Shown here: one piece after another, positions 56,125 through 64,000 of the stretch
Layout: each line of letters starts with the position of its first letter
Numbering within the stretch: position 1 is the stretch's first letter
Source of the DNA: an uncultured Nitrososphaeraceae archaeon
GTDB lineage: Archaea; Thermoproteota; Nitrososphaeria; Nitrososphaerales; Nitrososphaeraceae
Length of the DNA stretch: 64,000 nucleotides
NCBI GenBank assembly: GCA_963765895.1
Contig: CAVXZB010000023.1
Span: forward strand, 64,001-128,000
Direction: 5' to 3'
The notes under the pieces: model-generated
Database searches by the model: none
What the model saw: only the letters and a program-made list of their open reading frames with translations
Told to the model about the DNA's origin: nothing
Position numbers and translations under genes: made by a program

Positions 56125-56606
56125 ATTCATTTACAAATTGACTGAGAATGGTATAACCATAACATGACCTTAACGACAACAATTAATGCGATTTAAGTTC
56201 AAACCTTTTAGAAATCTACATAGTTGCGTGGTTATTATCTTAGATAATAAGATCATAAATCTCTTAGCTTTTTATATAATTACTAAAGACAGTGCGTCTA
56301 GGCTCATTTATCGATCACAACAAACAATCATTGTCTCATTGTAGCTAGTTCCCGAATGTTTCCAACCGTCATCTGACAGTTGAATCCGTTGACGAAACAT
56401 TAACTAAATTCTGACCCAGTAGCGGCAAATAACGTATAGGATATTTCGAGACAAATTTGAAGTCTTAATGATCGATGGGATAAGTGCTATTTGTGCATTA
56501 TTATAGCAGCAAGATATAATCTAGGTGATTTTATCATTGAACACTTGAATGAGTCATCGTATGAATGGTAAAGTATTAACATAACATATTGCAATTGAAT
56601 TGCTGG

Positions 56607-58938
56607 ATGTCATCTGATCTAAATGGAAATAGTAATGATAATGGTAAAGACGTTCAGCCTACCACTTCCAATGGCAAAAAAAATAAATTTATCACTCTAA
56701 AGGTTGCAGAGGCAGAGCAGAGAGATGTGGGAAGAAAGATCGCTCGAGTAGACCCAACTGTAGCCGAACGACTAAATATATCAACTGGTGATGCGCTTGA
56801 GATATCTTTACTTGGAAAAAAAACTACAGTTTTAAATTGGCCGGCAAGGGAAACTGACAAAGACAAGGGTCTAATTCGGATCGATGGCTATACCAGAAAT
56901 AAGCTAGACGTAGGTATTAATGATTCGGTGGAACTTAAAAAGGTTGAATCAAAGGATGCTAGAAGCATAACCCTAGCTCCTACGGAACCCCTTAGAATAG
57001 TCGGTGCTGAAGACTATCTTTCGGATTATCTAAATGGCCATTTGATGACCAAAGGTGACACAATACCCATAAGCGTAATGGGTCAAAGGATTGATTTGGT
57101 TGTAATATCCACCAATCCTTCCGGTCCAGTTATAATCACTGACTCTACAAAGATTACAGTTTCTGAAGAGAGTGCAAAGGCCGTACAGATCTCGAAAGAA
57201 GGCGGCGCTCCTTCTATCACCTACGAAGACATTGGCGGAATAAGAAACGAAGTTGAAAGAGTTCGAGAGATGATAGAACTTCCGCTAAGGCATCCTGAAT
57301 TGTTCAAAAGGCTTGGAGTCGAAGCTCCTAAAGGTGTCCTTTTGCATGGACCTCCCGGTACAGGAAAGACTCTATTGGCAAAGGCAGTTGCTAACGAAAC
57401 CAATGCAAGTTTTTATACGATTGGTGGGCCAGAGATAATGAGTAAATACTATGGAGAATCCGAGGAAAAACTTCGTAATATCTTTGAACAAGCAGAAAAA
57501 AATGCGCCGTCCATCATTTTTATTGATGAAATAGATTCTATTGCTCCTAAGAGAGAGGAAGTGTCAGGAGAAGTCGAAAGAAGAATAGTCGCACAATTAC
57601 TTTCGCTCATGGATGGAATGTCTTCAAGGGGTAAAGTAGTAGTTATCGGAGCAACAAACAGAGTGAATGCAGTCGATCCAGCCTTGCGACGACCTGGAAG
57701 ATTTGACAGAGAAATCGAAATAGGTGTACCTGATAGAGATGGCAGACTTGAAGTATTGCAGATTCATGCTAGAGGAATGCCACTTGCAAAAGATGTGGAT
57801 TTGGAAAAACTTGCTGACATATCTCACGGATTTGTTGGCGCAGATTTGCAGGCTTTATCTAAAGAAGCCGCAATGAGAGCGTTGCGGAGAGTGCTTCCGC
57901 AGATAGATCTGTCGTCTGAGAGTATACCCAGCGAGACTCTAAAGAAGATCATAGTCACCATGCAAGATTTTACAGGTGTGATAAAGGAAATGGAACCGTC
58001 AGCGATGAGAGAGGTCTTCGTAGAAGTACCTAATGTTAAATGGGATGACATTGGTGGGTTGCCTGATATAAAGGAGGAACTCCAAGAAGCTGTAGAATGG
58101 CCTTTGAAATACCAAGGACTGTTTACAGTTGTTGACGCCGCACCTCCAAAGGGTATCTTGCTTTATGGCCCTCCTGGAACAGGCAAGACTTTGATGGCTA
58201 AGGCTGCGGCAAATGAGAGCGAAGCCAATTTTATCAGCATAAAAGGGCCCGAGCTTCTTTCAAAATGGGTAGGAGAATCCGAAAAAGGCATCAGAGAGGT
58301 GTTTAGAAAGGCACGACAGGCAGACTCCTTGCCTAATCTTTTTTGACGAAATAGACGCAATAGCCCCTACGAGAGGGGGTGGCTTTGGAGACTCAAACGT
58401 AACAGAAAGAGTGATAAGCCAATTGTTGACAGAATTAGATGGTCTCGAAATATTGACTAACGTGGTTGTAATTGCGGCTACGAACAGACCAGACATTATA
58501 GATCCTGCTCTTTTGAGACCGGGCAGATTTGACAGACTGTTATATGTCTCGCCGCCGGATCGCGAATCTAGGCTTCAAATTTTGAAGATACATACAAAGA
58601 GTAAACCTCTTTCTGATGACGTAAATCTACAGCAATTAGCGGATTTGTCTGAAGGATATACGGGGGCCGACATTTCATCTATGAGTTCAGCAGCGGTTAT
58701 GCTCGCTTTGCGTAAACATATCCTCAAATATCCAGATCCAGACGAGGCTGAGAAGTATGCTAAAGAGCTAAAATTACATATGCAGGAATTCGAAGAAGCA
58801 ATGAAGAAGATAAGACCGCTCTCTAGTCAGGAGTTGACCATGTATAAGCGCATATCCGAAGAGTTTGGAAAACCAGAGATTGGAGCTAAAAGAAGGGGCT
58901 CTAAAGACGCTGATGTTACTGCAGGCGGCATCACTTAA
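56607..58938 (+). CDS. cdc48: CDC48/VCP family AAA+ ATPase; frameshift at ~58324
   Basis: N-domain plus two AAA modules (GPPGTGKT twice, [30 protein letters not shown]). Confidence 0.97.
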
Positions 58939-59148
58939 TTTATATATTCAATAATATCCTCGCTAAGACAATCACAAGAAAAAAATGTCTTGCATGAGGC
59001 CATCCAATAACAGTTAGGATCTAATAGTGCTAGTTTTGTTTGATTTTGCTTTATCAAGTTCTTAAAAAGAGTACTTATTTATTTGACTTATTTATTTGAT
59101 TTAGTAGCTAGTTATCTTTGAGGAGAAGATAATTCTATTAATATTCCT

Positions 59149-59694
59149 CTATCTCCACTCTTCAATCTCTGTTATTCGTTTGATTTTATCAAGCCAAGAA
59201 CCATTCAGTTCTTTTGCGACTAATGATTCTGTACGTCTTGAAACCAAGCCCCTTGGTTTATCGACTGGTATCCCGCTATCATCTGCCAATTGTCTAAAGT
59301 CACCAGATACCGATTCATCTTTACGAGATGCGACTAGTTGAACTTCACCTTTCAACCCCTCCGAAACTAAATTACTGACTTGCTTTAACAATCCCGATCC
59401 TCCTTCAGACGCTTCATTTTCTTTAAGACTTGAAGCCAGATCACTTTCGGCGCCATTTTCAGGTCTCCGTGTTACCTTCTTTGGCATAGATTCTTTTTCT
59501 CTAACATCAGTCGTATTTTCCTCATCAATTATGATGTTATCACCTAAGCATTCTCTGATCAGAGATACTCGTCCTAATATCTGACCCTTACCACAATCTG
59601 TGAAGCCATTTGCCTGCAGGAAATTCATATATTTTATTAACACGTTGCACTCCGAAAGTTTTATTTTCGCCTCTTCTGCTGAAATCATGCCCAT
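59149..59694 (-). CDS. Hypothetical protein
   Basis: 181-aa ORF with a charged low-complexity middle. Confidence 0.55.
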   Translation of the reverse strand: MGMISAEEAKIKLSECNVLIKYMNFLQANGFTDCGKGQILGRVSLIRECLGDNIIIDEENTTDVREKESMPKKVTRRPENGAESDLASSLKENEASEGGSGLLKQVSNLVSEGLKGEVQLVASRKDESVSGDFRQLADDSGIPVDKPRGLVSRRTESLVAKELNGSWLDKIKRITEIEEWR

Positions 59695-59953
59695 TGTCCC
59701 TCAACTAGCATACTAAATTTTTTTTAAATCTCTTATTGTATAATGATTTTGCTAATTTGTATCTAAAAAGCTGATGTATTGATCATGGAATACAAAATAC
59801 CTCTTTAAGGCAGACTATTAGGCCAGTGTAGCAATTAACAATACTTAATATCACTAGCACGATTGTTTAATCCGTGTAGGTCGTGAACCTGCGATATTTA
59901 GTTGTAGAAGCCGAATGGAAATTGATAATTTATGCCAAACAATTTGCGATGCG

Positions 59954-60017
59954 TTAGTAGTAGTATGTTTAGGCTCTTGTATTATTATCTATAGGAGGAT
60001 AATTTTAGGATAGGCTC
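59954..60017 (+). mobile_element. Solo 64-bp right end of the IS5 element (inverted copy of 54251-54314)
   Basis: 63/64 identity by manual alignment; ends GGATAGGCTC followed by TAA. Confidence 0.9.
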
Positions 60018-60104
60018 TAAGTTGAATATTATGTCAAATTTGAAACTATATGATGATGCTACAAATTTCTTTTATAGTATAAACTTCTACTCTTTATTCT
60101 AGTA

Positions 60105-60344
60105 ATGAGTTTACTGGAAATAGACGAAAGTATCAGTACTCACGATAGCAGAGAGAATTGTGATATAGATACTGGAAGTGGAATTTTCAGGAAAAGCCAA
60201 TTTGTAATTTGCAACTCGTGTTATTGGTGTGCTTCATTTACTGATTTAGAGACATATCATAGTATGACTTGCCCTTGTTGTGGTTGCGAGAGCTTGTTTA
60301 AATCGATGCTTATACCACAAGATGAAATATTGAAGATGAGATGA
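60105..60344 (+). CDS. Small Cys-rich zinc-finger protein
   Basis: ICNSCYWCAS...CPCCGC; TATA-like element upstream. Confidence 0.6.
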   Translation: MSLLEIDESISTHDSRENCDIDTGSGIFRKSQFVICNSCYWCASFTDLETYHSMTCPCCGCESLFKSMLIPQDEILKMR

Positions 60345-60416
60345 GTACATATTGTTAACCAATTTCCGACGTTGCCCTATATCACAAAATCTACTGCTGC
60401 AGTTCACAATTGGTAT

Positions 60417-61499
60417 TCAGATCCCATTAGTTAAAGATAAATCTGCCAACAATTCTTTTAATTTGAGGATATTAAATCCCGACTTGGCCGATACTGCCAT
60501 GATTGATTCCTTATCCATCATATCTAATTTATTGACTTTATCTGTCACGCTTTCGAATTCATTGACCAAATCCGCCTTATTTAAAATGTAAAATACCTTA
60601 CCAACCGGAACTCCCAACTCATTCAACACACGTATAGAGCTATCATATTTTCTTTTAACTTCAGGGATAGGATCACTGAAATCTAGAACGAGCAATATGA
60701 GTGTAGAATATGTGAGCTCATTAAGAGTAGATCTAAACGCGTCAATCATGTATGCAGGTAGTTTACTTATGAATCCTACTGTGTCAGACAACAGGAATTT
60801 GATATCTCGGATTGAGATGGCTCTAGTGTAGGTAGATAGCGTCGTAAACATCTCCCGTCCTACATCTTTAGACTCTCCTGTTAATGCGTTAAATAGTGTT
60901 GTTTTACCTGCAGATGTATATCCAGCAATTGAAATTGTTTGTAGGCCCAACTTTGACCGCTGGGTCCTGTATAACTTTCTCCTTCTTTCTTCCCTTTCCA
61001 GTTTCTTTTTCAATAGAGATACATGACGCTTAATATCCAAGAAAAGAACATCAGCATCATATTTACCCATACCGAAGAAACCGGGTTGTTCGCCCTTCTT
61101 GGCAAGTCTTACTTTGTCTCTAGCTCTAAACATATCATATCGCAATTGAGCAAGCCTTATCTGGATTCTTGATTCATTGCTACTTGCTCTTGATTCAAAG
61201 ATTTTTAGAATCAGACGTTCTCTATCTATCGTTTCTACTTTACAAAGCTTAGAGAGGTTATATTGTTGAGTTGGCCTTAGTACTTCATCGTATATTATCA
61301 CCTCAATCTTCATTTGATCTACAAGGTCTTTAATTTCCTGTGCCTTTCCAAGTCCAACTCCATATTTTGAACCGGTGATATTCTTCTGAGTCACTATCTT
61401 CTCAACCGAATATCCAGCAGTATCAGCCAAGGATTTTGCCTCTGAAATGGCATTGTGCTCAGGATAAGTAACCAGGATAGTTCTTATCAGACGTGGCAT
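60417..61499 (-). CDS. hflX: GTPase HflX
   Basis: DRERLILKIF..RA, AGYTSAGKTTLFN, FTTL, DTVGFI, AFRSTL, NKAD, VSAKSG. Confidence 0.96.
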   Translation of the reverse strand: MPRLIRTILVTYPEHNAISEAKSLADTAGYSVEKIVTQKNITGSKYGVGLGKAQEIKDLVDQMKIEVIIYDEVLRPTQQYNLSKLCKVETIDRERLILKIFESRASSNESRIQIRLAQLRYDMFRARDKVRLAKKGEQPGFFGMGKYDADVLFLDIKRHVSLLKKKLEREERRRKLYRTQRSKLGLQTISIAGYTSAGKTTLFNALTGESKDVGREMFTTLSTYTRAISIRDIKFLLSDTVGFISKLPAYMIDAFRSTLNELTYSTLILLVLDFSDPIPEVKRKYDSSIRVLNELGVPVGKVFYILNKADLVNEFESVTDKVNKLDMMDKESIMAVSAKSGFNILKLKELLADLSLTNGI

Positions 61500-61931
61500 T
61501 TATTGGAATATTCAAGATTAGTTATAACTATGTTTCTGGATTACCTCCGAATCTCGTCTTGTTAGGTGAATATAACCGGATAACTCGGCTTAGAATTATC
61601 GAATATACTTAAATATTTAACCAATACTAAGCTACACCTTTTGATATTATAGATTAGGAATAAAATCTACCATGAATAGTACTACAATCTAGAATGGTAA
61701 CAGCATAAGTGATCGCTTTGGAATCAAGGCCAATACTGATATATTTAGTGAGGAGTTGGGTCATCTATTATCGAATCAGGTGTGAATAATATCCAGAAAC
61801 AATAGCTTACTCGAAAGTCTACGCTGGAATTACGCTTGACCCAAAGAAGTTCAGTGACAATTTATCTGTTCATTTATATGAAGCGTGAGGCTTATTTTGT
61901 ACATAAAAGAAGGCTTTTCCGGAGAACAGCC

Positions 61932-62225
61932 TTATCGCGAAATTATACTATTTGTCATGGAAACAACCTCGTTTAATCCATAATAAATATTAAGAAATCG
62001 TTCTCCCTTTTCAGTAGTCTTATAAGTTCGTCGAAATTCATCATAGAACAGTAGCTCATTTTGCCGCAATAGTACCAAATAGCTTTTTAAATGATGATAT
62101 GATAAATATGCTTTATACATTATTCTTTTCTGAGTTGCGCCATTAGCTTCGACAGCGTTTTGTAAAATTAGCGCAATTATTTCTAATCTATTCCTATGTT
62201 TCATTATATTAACATGATTACTCAC
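61932..62225 (-). CDS. Winged-helix transcriptional regulator (HTH_45-like)
   Basis: RNRLEIIALIL, RIMYKAYLSY, YKTTEKGERFL. Confidence 0.88.
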   Translation of the reverse strand: MSNHVNIMKHRNRLEIIALILQNAVEANGATQKRIMYKAYLSYHHLKSYLVLLRQNELLFYDEFRRTYKTTEKGERFLNIYYGLNEVVSMTNSIISR

Positions 62226-62633
62226 TTAAAATAAAAACCCCGCTGTTGAGTATTATAGTAATATTTTTTTAATCATGTGCTGAAACTTTCATAATATTTT
62301 TTTCACACTATAACGTACAATGATATATTTCGGAACGTACGTAGCGTCAATTCCCCAGTAATACTTGGAATTGGTTATATTATCAATATACTTAGTCAAT
62401 TTGCTTGTTAACTTGGTTGGTGAATAAGCGAGTGTGATCTTCTGAACCACTCCGGCCTTGAATATTCCGATTATTTGAACTAGTCAAAAACATCCGAAAT
62501 AGCGTCAACAAATAGTGGCGGTGTTTCGACTTTTTGGGCTCCTTTGTCGTCGTTATCTTGTAAACAAACTACTTAATCATCTACTCAGTAGCTATAGAAG
62601 TTACTGCAGAATAAATCAGGATATTATTACAAC

Positions 62634-63473
62634 GTGCAAAATATGTATTATCAGTATATTTGGAATAGAGGGGAGATACATTCAATAATATATGGCAGTG
62701 TGATTTGCTTCATTACGTCTCCAAAGCTCAAAATATTATTAATTTTTGGAATTATGGCTGTATTTGGACTCGGTGTGAGCATCGCTATCATTGCTATTGG
62801 TGGCGGTTTTGCTAATCCAACCTCGATATTTAAGCCGCCAACTAGTACAAATTTATGGACGATTGGCCAGACAATTCATCCAGGAACCGCATTAAACTAT
62901 TCGGTAACAAAAATAGGAAACCATGCCTCTCCGTGGAGCAGTCTAGGGGAACATAGCTCTCTTGTAAATTCAACTGTAGCAATAAAATTTGTGCAGGATC
63001 GAGGGAACAGTAAGAACCAGAATCTTTGGAAGGTATTACTGCATATTATAAATGCCACAAATGCAAAAATAACAACACATCCAAATGTTAGCTCCGGGGT
63101 AGTCATGATGTCGAAGCAGCAACTAACTAATGCTGGACCAATAATTCGGAATTTTTTACCATATTATGAACCTATAGAATCATCTATTTTAGAAATTAGA
63201 GATATTGCGTTACAACCGCAATATTTAGTTGTAGGAGCTCAATGGAATTCGATTTCTACAGAGGTAAGTACAATTCCAGTAAAGGTCACCTCGCAGGAAA
63301 ATATAAATACAAAAGCAGGGAAATTTAACGCTTACGTCTTAAGCTATACCTTAGGCCCAAAAACCAGTCGCATTTGGATTACTCCCGATATTCCTCTGCC
63401 TGTTAGAGCAGAGGTATACAACAGCCAGGGCCAACTCCAATACAAATACGATCTGATATCATATACTAAATGA
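62634..63473 (+). CDS. Membrane-anchored exported protein (start uncertain)
   Basis: N-terminal TM; C-terminal INTKAGKFNAY...SRIWITPDIPLPVRAE beta-rich domain. Confidence 0.7.
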   Translation: MQNMYYQYIWNRGEIHSIIYGSVICFITSPKLKILLIFGIMAVFGLGVSIAIIAIGGGFANPTSIFKPPTSTNLWTIGQTIHPGTALNYSVTKIGNHASPWSSLGEHSSLVNSTVAIKFVQDRGNSKNQNLWKVLLHIINATNAKITTHPNVSSGVVMMSKQQLTNAGPIIRNFLPYYEPIESSILEIRDIALQPQYLVVGAQWNSISTEVSTIPVKVTSQENINTKAGKFNAYVLSYTLGPKTSRIWITPDIPLPVRAEVYNSQGQLQYKYDLISYTK

Positions 63474-63749
63474 TTGGATCTTGTTCATTTATTGAATGGG
63501 AGTATAAATACAAGCGATTTCGTGGGGTATTTCAAGGTTCAATACCATGTCAAATGAGGTGCCTATTCTGATCTCGAGAGAACTACATATCATTCAATCT
63601 ATACCGAGAATAATCCTATCATATTCTTGGACGCAGCATCCAAGGATCTGTTGGTAGATGACAATCATCAACTAACTCCTAACTAGATAATGGAGACCTT
63701 GCACGAATTCTAAAACAATCTCTTGAAGTCAAAGACTATAGGTCCAATT

Positions 63750-64000
63750 TTGCTAATTGTTATATATGAGTCTGACAAATTTCTGAATGAACTGCTAACG
63801 TTAGCCAATAATTCCATTCCACAAAAGAATGGCGATAACAAGCGTATATCTGGACTCACTGCAGCTGTTTACGTACTTGACTGCATATCCAAAGGCCATT
63901 CTGAAAGTCAAATTATGCATAGCATGGGTTGGGACGAGAAAGTAATTTCGTCTTGGATGAGATTCCTTACTCGAAATAAATTGGATCAAGAAAGAGAATT
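63750..64000 (+). CDS. Partial ORF running off window end, wHTH-like
   Basis: Open frame ...AVYVLDCISKGHSESQIMHSMGWDEKVISSWMRFL with no stop before the window end. Confidence 0.4.
   Translation, partial: MLIVIYESDKFLNELLTLANNSIPQKNGDNKRISGLTAAVYVLDCISKGHSESQIMHSMGWDEKVISSWMRFLTRNKLDQERE

Noticed and set aside
32455-58938. Pseudogenisation or programmed frameshifting of atpI, atpB, atpC, rqc2, cdc48 and others
   Set aside because: Essential genes with otherwise intact sequence; the breaks fall on two short motifs or homopolymers with no slippery-site or stimulator pattern. Sequencing error is far more parsimonious.
20337-61499. Pelota, GPN GTPase, Rqc2, CDC48 and HflX as one ribosome-rescue supercluster
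   Set aside because: Spread over 40 kb among unrelated core genes; co-occurrence is expected by chance in a small genome.
62480-62532. Imperfect inverted repeat upstream of the exported-protein gene
   Set aside because: Several mismatches; not distinguishable from chance without covariation data.

Overview
Archaeal chromosome segment, most likely an ammonia-oxidising Nitrososphaerota (Nitrososphaerales-like). The taxonomy is inferred from gene content: Alba, pelota, tetraether synthase, crotonase of the 3HP/4HB cycle, A-type ATP synthase atpEABDKI with a detached atpC, cbiT/L/F, CDC48, and TATA-box leaderless promoters. Most of the window is core genome: an amidohydrolase, a nucleotide-sugar cluster, ilvE, thrB, pyrI, a GPN GTPase, Rqc2, HflX and two tRNAs (Gln-TTG with a non-canonical D-arm intron, Pro-CGG). 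An AT-rich accessory stretch (~8.9-19.7 kb) carries DUF790/Bax1, a secreted poly-His peptide, a nucleoside hydrolase and a two-domain multicopper oxidase. A decayed IS5-family element lies at 54251-55227 with a solo copy of its end at ~60 kb. About 20 reading-frame breaks hit even essential genes, so they are almost certainly sequencing errors. At least 13 of them sit on just two motifs (GCWGC and GTAC), which looks like a DNA-methylation footprint in long-read base calls. Best novelty candidates: (1) a signal-peptide + GGH(ATCUN) + 37-His peptide, a possible ribosomally made extracellular Cu/Ni chelator; (2) a MurI-like protein with both catalytic Cys replaced by Ser next to a stand-alone hydantoinase/oxoprolinase-A gene; (3) the methylome footprint. 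All calls come from motif recognition by eye; no database searches were run.
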